A DNA stretch of 44,554 bases. It comes from Prasinococcaceae sp. CCMP 1430 (taxonomy: Eukaryota; Plantae; Prasinodermophyta). Both the position numbers and the translations under genes were made by a program. Position 1 is the first letter of the stretch; the number at the start of each line of letters is the position of its first letter. The notes below the pieces were generated by a model that was not told the origin of the DNA, ran no database searches, and worked only from the letters and a program-made list of their open reading frames with translations. Shown piece after piece: positions 12,151 through 22,832 of the stretch. The stretch lies in the NCBI GenBank assembly GCA_013416795.1, contig RQSC01000018.1, positions 277,785-322,338 of the forward strand, written 5' to 3'.

Positions 12151-12529
12151 GTATTTTTGTAGTAGTGTGTGTGTATGTACGTGCGTGTGGCACGACACGC
12201 GCCTTCAGGTCGGCGGCGAGCTCCACGTCCACCTCGAAGCGCTGCCCCACCTCCGCCTCGAACGCCTCGACGCCGTGGAAGCCGTGGAAGGCACAGTTCG
12301 ACAGGCGCACGCGGTCCGAGGCCGCCCACACGGGAAACGGCGCGGGAGACCACGAAGAGAACGCGCGCACGAGCGCGCCCCTGCGTGCGTGTGCGTGTGC
12401 GCGTGCGTGTGCGTGTCCATGTGTGTGTGTGTGTGCGTGTGCGCGCAGTGTGCGCACGTGTGCGTGTGCGTACGCGTGTGCATGTGCGCGCGCCGTCGCC
12501 GCCGCGCGCGCGACCGCGCGCGCGCGCAT
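11509..12529 (-). CDS. folB: Dihydroneopterin aldolase (folate synthesis) with N-terminal targeting-like extension; exons 12529-~12475, 12380-12203, 12011-11811, 11565-11509
   Basis: Spliced product: DRVRLSNCAFHGFHGVEAFEAEVGQRFEVDVELAADLK|AAGESDDLASTVDYSRVY...RELIEAVAEGIAADVL...VRVCVRKPEVQ|VGGLLDHSAVEIMR. It aligns without gaps to the recalled FolB consensus (GxHG, E..GQ.F.VD, SDDL..TVDY, LIE..A, KP...V.G.LD..VEI.R). The exon 1 donor is ambiguous. Confidence 0.9.
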
Positions 12530-12910
12530 GGAGGTGCGCGTGCAAGCGCCACACGCACACACGCACACACACACGCCAACACGCGCCCCCTCCCACACAC
12601 ACGCCGCCCCCCGCGCGGCGTGTGTGTGTGACGCGCTGTGGCAGCTAGCGCCTCAGTACGCGCAGTGCGCATGCGCGCGCGCACATATGAACCCTACGAT
12701 ATACCCAAAAAGTAAACCGTAACGTGCAGTGGGCGTGCGCGTGCGGGCAAGCACGTGCGTGTGTGCGCGCAGCCCGCGTGTGTGCACGTGTGTGTGTGTG
12801 CGCGTGCGTGTGTGTGTGTGTGTTTGCGTGTGTGTATGTGTTGTGTGTGTGTGTGCGTGTGTGTGTGCGTGTGTGTGCCACTCCGCGCGCTGTCGCGCGC
12901 GCGCGGGGCG
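12530..12910. promoter_or_regulatory. Putative bidirectional promoter (folB / isochorismatase) with an AT-rich core (12684-12723) flanked by CA and GT tracts
   Basis: Divergent ATGs lie 381 bp apart. The unique core atatgAACCCTAcgatatacccaaaaagtaaaccgtaa sits in otherwise repetitive DNA. Confidence 0.5.
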
Positions 12911-13174
12911 ATGGCCGCGGCCGCGTCGGCGGCGGTGGCGCCAGCGCGTTGCGCGCTGCTCGTCGTCGATATGCAGCGGTCCTTCCTCGACGCGGAGGTG
13001 CGCGTGTGCGCGCACACGCGCACGCGCTCACACACACTCGCACTCGCGCACGCACACGCACACACTCGCGCACGTACACGCATACTTTCACTCACACATT
13101 GCACGCGCGCGCGCACGCGTGCACCGACTCTTACGCGCATGCCATACACACGCATGCGCGCCGCCGCGTGTCTC

Positions 13175-13238
<64 letters not shown>

Positions 13239-13608
13239 CGCACACACACACATGCACACGCACATGCACACGCACACAACATCCCCCTCTCGCCGCCCCT
13301 TCGCAGTCGCCGCTGTGCGTGCGCGGCGCGGCGGCCGCGCGGGCGCCCGAGGGCTGTGCGGCGGCGGTCGCCAAGGTGCGCTCCGCGCCGCGGCCGCGCC
13401 CCCCTTCCAAGGCCCTCCCTCAAGCGGTGCTGACACGGCCCGCCGCGCACGCACACGCGCGCACGCACACGTGCACACGCTCGCGCGTGTGCACGTACGC
13501 ACGCGCGCGCGCGCGCAAACGCGTCGGTACGCACGCGTACACATGCGTCATGCATGCGCTCAAACACGTACCCGCGCACACGCACGCACACACACACACA
13601 CACACACC

Positions 13609-13643
<35 letters not shown>

Positions 13644-14024
13644 TCACGCACACACATACACACACACACACAAACACACACGCACGCACGCACACACACA
13701 CGCACGCGCACACGCACGTGCGCCAAAGGCTCGCGCGGCGGGCGCCCCCGTGGTGTGGGTGGTGCGCGAGCACGACGCCACCGGCCGCGACGCTGAGCGC
13801 GGCCGCGCGCACCTCTTCGACGGCACCGACGCGGGGCCGTGCGTGCGAGGCAGCGACGGCGCGAGGCTCTGCGAGGAGCTCGAACCGCTCGTGGAGGAGG
13901 TGCGCGCGCGCGCGTGTGCATTCGTTTGCGGCTATGGCTGTGCGCGTGTGCCTGTTCGACACCAAAGGACGCACACACGCGCTGTCAGCGCAGACTGCGG
14001 TCCCACAAGCTAACACGCGCACGC

Positions 14025-14078
<54 letters not shown>

Positions 14079-14548
14079 ACACAGGGGGACGTGTGGCTCC
14101 CGAAGACGCGCTTCTCGGCGTTCTTCCGCACGCCGCTCGACAGCGTGCTGCGGCGGCTCGGCACGCGCACGGTGGTCATCTGCGGCGTGCAGACGCCCAA
14201 CTGCATACGCGGCACCGCGTGGGACGCCATCGGTGCGCGCGCGTGCACGCGCGCGCGTGCACACACAACCACGCACGCACACGCGCGCGCGCAAACACGC
14301 GCATGCAGACGCGTAGGCGCGCGCACGCGCACATGCACGCAGGGACGCGCACACACGCGCGCAGACACGCGTTCGCACGCGCGCGCTCACGCACACGTTC
14401 GCACACGCGCACAGCGTACGACTACGACGTCGTGGTGCTCAGCGACGCCACCGCCAGCTGCGACGTGCGCACGCAGGAGGCCAACCTGCGCGACATGGAG
14501 GCTGTCGGCGTGCACTGCCCTACGTGGGAGGGCTGGAAGCCGGCGTGA
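12911..14548 (+). CDS. Isochorismatase/nicotinamidase-like cysteine hydrolase; exons 12911-12997, 13307-13375, 13729-13899, 14085-14232, 14415-14548
   Basis: Asp-Lys-Cys triad motifs [21 protein letters not shown] and [15 protein letters not shown], plus [13 protein letters not shown] and [10 protein letters not shown]. All four introns are GT-AG and keep the frame. Confidence 0.9.
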
Positions 14549-14816
14549 GCGCGCGAGCGCGCGCGCTCCCACACACACAAATACACATACACGGAAGCAC
14601 TCACGTACGCACGCACGCACGCACACATACACTCCACACACGAACACATGCGCACACAGGCGCACACGGCGCACGCGCGCGTGCTTGCGTGCGTGCGCGC
14701 GCGCGCGTGACACACAGCGTAAGAAGCTTCATCTGTACTGTGGCTGCGACATGTGCCACGTCGTGTTCGTGTGTGTGTGTGTGTGTGTGTGTGTTCGCGT
14801 GTGTGCGTCGCGCGTG

Positions 14817-16592
14817 CTAGTCGGCGTCGGCCACCGCGTAGAGCAGGTCGATGAGCAGCTCCTTGAGCGTGGGGTCGTTCCTGGCGACGTCGAACGTCAC
14901 CCGCTTGGAGAGGCCCGTGTTCCACACCGCCCTGAACACCCCTCGCTCGTGCTCGTCCGCCTCGAGGGCCGACACCGCGCCGAAGTGGATCATGTCGAGC
15001 TCGGGCGCGCCCGCCGCCAGCGCCGCCTCGACGCCCGGCGGGAGGGCGCCGGCGCCGTGGCGGGGGAGCGCAGGGCGCGCCGCGCGCACACGCTTGGGCA
15101 CGGCAGCGGGCTCGTCGTCCTCCTCCGAGGAGGCGTCGTCCGCGGCGTCCGTGTCGTAGTCCCCTTCCTCCTCCTCTGAATCGTACGTCTCGTCGTCGTC
15201 GCTGTCGCCCTCCTCGACGCTCTCGGGCTCATAGTCGTACGACTCCGCGCCGCCCGCCTCGCCCTCCGAGTCGCCCTCGGCGCCCTCACCCTCGCCCTCA
15301 TTCCCCTCTCCGCCCCCGCTGCCGCCGTACAGCCCCGCCTTGGCCTCCTCGATGAGGCGATCGAGCTCCGAGCCGAAGTCGGAGTCGGAGTCCGAGTCCT
15401 CCCCGGCCTCTTTGTCCGCGCCCGCCGCCTTGCGCGCGCGAGAGCTCCTTCGCTCCGCCGCGCCGGACTTGGGGCGCTTTGCCGCCCCCTTGCCCTTCTT
15501 CCTGCCTGACGCCGCGGCCACGGGCTTCTTGCCCGAGCCCGTCGCCCTCTCGGCCCTCTTGGCCCTCTTGGCCGTCTTGCCCGGCGCTGCGGGCTTGCTG
15601 GCGCCGCGCTTGGGCCTCGTCCCCTTCGCCGCCGCCTCCGACGACTTCGCCGCGCTCCTGCCGCGCGTCAGCGCCGGCGAGAAGGGCGTCATTAGGGACT
15701 TCTTGGACGCCGCCTTGGCCTTGCCGCGCCTCTCCTTCGCAGCGGGAGGTTCCGACGCCTTCTCCTGCTGCTGCCCGGCAGCGAACGAAAGCATTTGTGT
15801 GTTTGCGTGTGTGCGTGTGTGTGTGCGCGTGTGTGCGTACGTGTGCGTGTGTGTGTAAGCGCGCGTACGTGCGTGGCGTCCGTGCGTGAGCGCTTGCGTG
15901 TGCGTGCCCACGCGCGCGCGCGCGGCGCGCGGCGCGGCACAAGGCGCCCGCCCACGCGGCAGGCGCGCGCGCACCTCTGCGGCCCCCGCCCTCTTCTTCG
16001 CCGGCGGCGCAATCGCCCACGCCTTCGCCGCGGCCTTCGCCGGCTTCGGCGCGCCCTTCGAGGGAGACTTCGGCGCGGCCTTGGCGGGCTTCGCCACGGC
16101 CTTGGACGCTCCCGTCGGCCTGCTCGGCAGCGGCTTGAGCGCGACCTCCCACGTCCTCGCCGCGGGCGCCTTGGCCTTGGCCGGCGAGGTCGGCTTCGGC
16201 TCCGGCTTCGGTTTGGGCTTCGCCACGGCGCCCTTGGCGGCGGCGATGTCGGCGTCGAGGCCGTCGTCGTCGCTGCTGTGTGTGTGTGTGTGTGTGTGTT
16301 TGTGGGGGTGGAAGTGTGGGTGGTTGCATGTTTGTGTGTGCGCGGGCGCTTGTGTGCGTCAGACGCATGTGTGTGCGCGCGCACCGGACGTATGTGCGTG
16401 TGCGTGTGTGCGTTCTACGCGTCTCGCACGCGCGCGCCTCACGCGCACGCACGCGCACGCGCACGCGCATCTGACGCACCTGTCGTCGTCGTCTTCGATC
16501 TCAATGTCGTCGTCCTCCTCCGCCTCGACCTCCTTGCCCTTGCCCGCCGCGCCGAAGGCCGGGTCCGCCTGCTTGCGCTTGCGGATGGCCAT
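14817..16592 (-). CDS. Hypothetical nuclear protein: Lys/Ala/Pro-rich (histone-H1-like) region, long Asp/Glu tract, small folded C-terminal domain containing KRVTF; exons 16592-16480, 16275-15975, ~15770-14817
   Basis: MAIRKRKQ start (NLS-like). Two GT-AG introns keep the frame. Contains AKPAKAAPKSPSK-type repeats and EEGDSDDDETYDSEEEEGD. The product is not recognised. Confidence 0.7.
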
Positions 16593-17115
16593 GGCGGCGC
16601 CGGCCGGAGCGCCCGGGCAGGCTGGGGGGCGCGCCGTATGGCGCGCGCGCACATACGCACAGCACACGCACAAGACACACACACACACACACACGCACGC
16701 ACACGCACACACGCACACGCACACACACACGCACACACACACACACACACAGAGCCTGCCGCATCGTGCGCACACGCCACCCCCGCGCGCGCACGCTCGC
16801 GCGCGCGCTACAACGCGCGCCGTTCGAAAACGCGCGCCCCGAGGCTTTTCGGGTATCTCCTTGGCGCGTAGGGTTCGTCTTAGATGCGAATGGGATCTCA
16901 CGTAGGAATCATTTCCACGGGAGCTCCTCCGAAAGAGCTCGTCATCCGCCGACCCCAACACAAAAAGCATTCGTGTGCACCATTGTGCAAAAAATCGACG
17001 GAATGGCACAACTGCGGACGCTCCCGTTTTCTTTTTTCTTTTTTTTTTTGATTTTGTGCGGGGGGCGTTCCCCGAAGCGCGCGTGCGGGGTCCCGGTCCC
17101 GCCCCCCCTCCCCCN

Positions 17116-17478
17116 CGTCATCAAATGCAGTCTCGAAGGTGTCCCCCACATCTGCACTGCTTTCCGGCGCGCGTGCGTCTGCGCTCGCAGCCTTCGGCTT
17201 GGCGAGGCTGCTGAAGGCAGCGTCGCCGAAGTCCGCCTCGCCAAAGCTGGGCCCACGGCTCACCACGACAGTGTCAGCGCAGTCAGTGTCTGCATCGACG
17301 CCACCGTTCGCCCCAATGCCGCGCCGCGCGGCCTCCCGCCTGCCCCTGCCTGTCTTGCGTGTGTGTGCCTGTTTGTCCGTCCGACGGCGCCGGCCGGCCC
17401 TGCGCGATGCTGTTGTGAGCGACGACGACGAAAGCGTCCCCGTACGCACCCGTCGACTGACTAGTACCGCACGGCCAT
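17116..17478 (-). CDS. 5' part of an unidentified gene (exons 17478-17468, 17339-<17116), cut off at single n 17115
   Basis: ATG GCC GTG CG|gtacta...ggcag|G gives MAVRREAARRGIGANGGVDADTDCADTVVVSRGPSFGEADFGDAAF...DTFETAFDD with phase-compatible splice sites. Confidence 0.4.
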
Positions 17479-18407
17479 GCGGGGCGCGGCCGGGCGGTGG
17501 GGGTGCGTCAGTCGGTCGATCAGTCGGCGGTGGGGGGCGCACATATGCGAACGCAGGCCCGCGCCCACCGACGCGCGCGCGGGTTGCGCGCGCCCGGCGC
17601 GCGGCGCGCGCACGTGTGCGCGCACGCCCGTTACGTGCCCGAGAGGGCAGATCTCGCAGATCGCCCAGAGCGTCGAAACATGCGCTGCGATGCATATTTC
17701 ACATCCGCATATTACACGCGAATCACGGAATAATTGCGGTCTCTACTGTCGCTAACCTCCAAGATCAATGTTTTTTGCCACCCCCTTCGCACAGAGAGGC
17801 ATAAACCACGTAAATACATTTTCAGTAAAGGTGTATATTTTAATTACGTTACAAAACAAGACGTTTTCGGGGGGCATTCGGGTGGGGCCCGCGGGCGCCC
17901 GGCATGCGCCTCCGACGCGGGCGCCGCGCATTTCGGCCCGCGAAATGCGACTTCCGTCGAAACCCGCACCATTCCGAATATTTCGATGCCGTCGATCTCC
18001 GCGATGACAAGCGCGCAGACGCGCGCGCGCGCCCGGGTTTAGAGATTTTAAATTCCGTCGTTTTGTCGATGCTTTTGGTGGACATTCCATGCGACGTACT
18101 GTTTATTTTACATATGTTTTGAATTGAATTGCGCTACATTTCGTTCCGTGGAGTGCGCGGCGGGCGGCGGCGGCGGCCGGGCGCGGGTTCCCCGAGCGCG
18201 CGATTTTTGCCTTTATGCCCAGCTGGTGTGCGCGAGCGTGCGCGTGCGCGTGCGCGCGCTGTGCCCGCGCCCGCGCTCGCCGCCACCGCGAGCTGACCTG
18301 ACCGCGCGCCCCACCCGCATCGACGCGATCGCGGGCCACGCCTCGCGCCGCGCCTCCTCCCCGCCTCGCGCGATCGCAGGGGCGTCCCTCGCACCCTGTG
18401 AGGCGCC

Positions 18408-21400
18408 ATGGGCGCGCCCGCGGTGTCCAAGAGCAAGTCGCAGTCGAAGGTGCGCTGCCGAGCCCATTTTTTTTTTTCGTTGAGGTGGTGCGCCGGCCGA
18501 CGCCGCGCGGTCCCGCCTCGCTCGCCGCTGGACCCCCGACGCTGACACCCCCGCCGCCCGGCCCTGATCGGCCCCCGCCCTCGCGCGGCGCGTGTCCGAT
18601 GCGATCGCGCAGAAGGATGAGCGCGCCGCCAAGCTCCGCGAGGACATCGACTTCGTACGTCGCGCGCGCGCCGCGGCGCACCCCAACCCCACCACGCCCA
18701 GCCGCCAGCGCCGGCGACGATGCGCGGATGCGGCGCGCGGCGACGAGGCCGCCCAAGCGGCCGCCGACGCGAGCCCGCGCGCGCGCGCACTGCCGCCCCT
18801 GCGGACATCCCCCCCGCCGCGATCGGCCGATGCCCCGAGCACCCGTCGATCTCGGGCTGTGGTGCATCGCTCGGGCCGCGGCGCTGTCGTTGTCGCTCGC
18901 TCGCGCCGATGCTTTATTGGCCCAAGTGAAGGGCGCGGGCTCGTCGCCCCAGCCGTGCCGCCCCTCGACGATTTCGATCGCGTCGTCCTCGAATGCCCTG
19001 CGCTGACTCCTCTGCCGCGCCAACCCCCTCCCCCTCGCGCCCGCGCACTTGCCCGCTCGGCTGCACCGCCACCGCGCAGGTGGAGCACACGTGGCCGCTG
19101 GAGCAGCTGTGGGAGTATTATGGCAACTCGCTCGAGGCGGGCCTGACCGACGCGCAGGTCACCGCCGCGCGCGCCAAGTACGGTCCCAACATGCTCACGC
19201 CGCCGGCGACGACGCCCATGTGGCTCAAGTTCCTGCTGCAGTTTGCTGACTTCTTCTCGATGCTCCTCGTCATCGGCGGCACGCTATGCTTCATCGCCTA
19301 CGGCCTGGACCAGACCGACCCCACCAACCTCTACCTCGGCGTGGTGCTGTACGTTGTCGTGCTCATCACTGCCATCTTCTCCTTCTTCCAGGAGGCGCAG
19401 TCGGCGGCCATCATGGAGGGCTTCAAGAAGCTCATCCCCAAGCGCTGCCGCTGCGTGCGTAACGGCTCCGTCGTGGAGATCGACGCTACCGAGCTCGTGC
19501 CCGGCGACATCGTCGTGCTCGAGGACGGCATGCAGATCCCCGCGGACATTCGCGTGATCACCGCTAACGAGATGAAGGTGGACAACTCCTCGCTCACCGG
19601 CGAGTCGGAGCCGCAGGACCGCACGCCCGAGCTTGCCAAGGACGAGCAGGGCAACCTGATCACCCAGCCGCTCGAGGCCTCAAACATCGCCTTCTACACG
19701 ACGATCGTCTCGTCGGGCAACGGCATGGGCTGCGTCATCGGCACCGGCGACCGCACCGTGATGGGCCAGATCGCCGGCCTCGCCACTGAGACCTCCAACG
19801 AGGCGACCCCCATCGCGCGCGAGATCGCTGCCTTCATCAAGCTCATCTCGGCGGTGGCCATCTTCCTGGGCGCGGCGGTCCTCGCCATCTGCCTTGCGTT
19901 CAACTTCGACCCCATCAAGTCGGTGGTGCTCATGATCGGCATCATCGTCGCCAACGTGCCCGAGGGCCTGCTGGTGACGGTGACCGTGTCGCTCGCGCTG
20001 ACCGCCAAGCGCATGTCCCTGAAGGCCGTGCTGGTGAAGCACCTCGAGGCCGTCGAGACCCTGGGCTCGACCTCGGTCATTGCCTCCGACAAGACGGGCA
20101 CCCTCACGCAGAACCGCATGACCGTGCAGCACTGCTGGTACGACTACATGGTCAAGGCCACGCCCGCCGCCAAGAACATCCCCGACTTCAAGGCGAAGCT
20201 CGCCGCCGGCGGTGCGGACGTGTACGACCCCAAGAGCGCGACCTACGAGGAGCTCTTCAAGGTCGCGCAGCTGTGCAACAACGCGCGCTTCCTGTTCCCC
20301 AAGCCGGACGAGGAGGGCTTCCAGTGCACGGAGGAGGAGTTCCCCACCAAGATGAACGCGCCCGATTTCAACCTACTCATGTGCCCCACGGCGGGCGACG
20401 CCTCCGAGTCGGGCATCCTCAAGATGTGCCAGGCGCAGGAGGACGCGCTCGAGTACCGCGCCAAGTTCCCGAAGCTCTTCGAGATCAAGTTTAACTCCAC
20501 CAACAAGTGGCAGCTGTCCATTCACCAGACCGGCGAGAAGACCGCCCCGCTCCTCGTCATGAAGGGCGCCCCTGAGCGCGTGTGGAAGCGCTGCAAGTAC
20601 ATCATGATCGAGGGCAAGGAGGTTCCAATCACCCCCGAGATCACCGAGAAGTACAACGAGGCCTACGAGGGCCTCGGCGGCCTCGGCGAGCGCGTTCTCG
20701 GCTTCGCCATGAAGTCGCTCAAGAGCTGCAGCAACACCACCAAGTACGTGCAGAAGCCGTCGCCCAACTTCCCCACCGAGGAGCTCACCTTCGTGGGCCT
20801 GTACTCGCTCATCGACCCGCCGCGTGAGGGCGTGCCCGAGGCCGTCGCCAAGTGCAAGCGCGCGCGCATCAAGGTGTTCATGGTCACCGGCGACCACCCC
20901 ATCACCGCGCAGGCCATCGCCAAGCAGGTCGGCATCATCGACCAGGAGGCCTGGGACGCCGGCCGCGCGACCGTCGTCAAGGGCGACGACATCCGCGACT
21001 GGATGGAGATTGAGGACCCCGTGGCGCGTCAGGCCAAGTGGGACGAGGCGCTCTCGCACGAGCAGATCGTGTTCGCGCGCGTGTCGCCCGCCCACAAGCT
21101 GCTCATCGTGGAGAACAACCAGCGCCGCGGCGAGGTCGTGGCCGTGACCGGCGACGGCGTCAACGACGCCCCCGCGCTCAAGAAGGGCGACATCGGCGTG
21201 GCCATGGGCATCGCCGGCAAGGACGTCTCCAAGGAGGCCGCCGACATGATCCTCATGGACGACAACTTCGCCTCGATCGTCAACGGCGTCGAGGAGGGCC
21301 GCCTCATCTTCGACAACCTCAAGAAGTCGATCTGCTACACGCTGACCTCGAACATCCCCGAGATCACCCCCTTCCTGACCTTCATCATTCTCGCCATCCC

Positions 21401-22493
21401 GCTGCCGCTGTCGACCGTGCTCATCCTGTGCGTCGACCTCGGCACCGACATGGTGCCGGCCATCTCGATGGCCTACGAGCTCAAGGAGTCGGACATCATG
21501 GACCGCCCGCCGCGCAACGCCGAGACGGACCGCCTCGTGAACCGCCGCCTGATCACCTTCGCCTACCTGCAGATCGGCATCATGCAGGCGCTCGCGGGTT
21601 TCTTCACCTACATGACGGTGCTCAACGACTACGGCTACACGCCCACCATCCTGATGGGCAACGGCCTGCCGTGGGAGGAGCGCTCGCTGATGTGCACGAT
21701 CGACGAGAACGGCTACCCGCACAAGTGCGGCTACGGCTGCGAGGCGCCCAAGTACGACAACACCATCGTGGAGGAGGACGGCGCGGTGGTCTCTGGCTTC
21801 TACGCTGCCGAATTCGACGACAAGGACTACGCGGGCTCCTACTACTGCAAGGACGGCTGCGTGATCCCGTGCGCGGATGGCGAGCTCAACTGCGACGCGA
21901 ACGCCAAGGCGATGGCCGCCGACCCCTTCAGCGAGTTCGACGCCGACGGCTACCGCGGCGAGGGCTTCTGCGACGTCTTCTGCGGCAACTGGGCCGAGAA
22001 GTACCCGGGCGCGCCGCTCCCCGAAGCATGCGTCAGCTCCGAGACGATCAGCGTGGGCTTCAAGGGCCGCGGCCACCAGAAGCCGCAGGCGCCCGAGGGC
22101 GCGCGCTACTACTGGGCGGGCAAGCAGCAGAACTCGCCCAACGTGTCGTACCAGCGCAACGCGCTGTACAACGCGCAGACGGCGTACTTCATCTCGATTA
22201 TCGTGGTGCAGTGGGCGGACCTGCTCATCGCCAAGACGCGCAAGCTCTCGCTCTTCGAGCAGGGCCTGGGCAACGGCTTCATGAACTTCGGCCTGATGTT
22301 CGAGACGGTGCTGGGCTGCATCCTCATCTACGTCCCCTTCCTCAACGACGTCTTCGGCACCAGGCCGCTGCACATCCTCCACTGGATGCCGGGCGTGCCC
22401 TGGAGCATCATGATCCTCGTCTACGACGAGACGCGCAAGTACCTCATGCGCGGCGCGCCGGGCGGCTGGATCGACACGATGACCTACTGGTAA
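18408..22493 (+). CDS. P-type IIC ATPase, Na+/K+-ATPase alpha-like (~1165 aa); exons 18408-18449, 18613-18654, 19080-22493
   Basis: GPNMLTPP, KVDNSSLTGESEPQ, IVANVPEGLL (M4), SDKTGTLTQNRM (phospho-Asp), KGAPE, MVTGDHPITA, TGDGVNDAPALKKGDIG, YTLTSNIPEITPF (M5, Na,K-type TSN), CVDLGTD (M6), VVQWAD (M8), C-terminal TYW. The two small 5' exons give MGAPAVSKSKSQSKKDERAAKLREDIDFVEH, matching the typical alpha N-terminus. Confidence 0.97.
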
Positions 22494-22832
22494 GGTGTGC
22501 GTGGCGTGCGTCTGGCGCACACCACCCAACCTCTGGTCGGTCAGGCTCGAAGCGAGGCTATCGCTGGCGCAGCCTCTGGCCAGCCTCTAAAGTAAACTAT
22601 AACGCATTCAATTCGACCTGCGCCGTCTGTGCGTGCGCGCGCGTGCGCGTGCGTGCGTGCGTGTGTGTGTGTGTGTGTGTGCTTGCGTGCGTGCGCGCGA
22701 GTGTGTGTGTGCCATCCTTGCCGCGAGCGTGTGCGATGCGTCTGTTATTATGTGCGCGCGTGCGCGCGCGCGTGTGTGGGTGCGCGTGCGGCCTCCCTGC
22801 CCACGCGCTCGTGCGCGCGCACGCTCGCGCGC

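Noticed and set aside
16880-17010. Possible ncRNA (GAGCTC..GAGCTC hairpin, ATGACGA box-C-like word on minus strand)
   Set aside because: No Sm site, box D pairing or known snRNA 5' end was recognised. It is more simply explained as promoter sequence between two genes. An Rfam cmscan would be decisive.
19331-22529. Long antisense and alternate-frame ORFs over the ATPase (e.g. 20373..22529 -, 21038..23272 +), and similar shadows over NPHP4, C69 and the coiled-coil gene
   Set aside because: Expected shadows of strong GC3 codon bias. They have no recognisable motifs.
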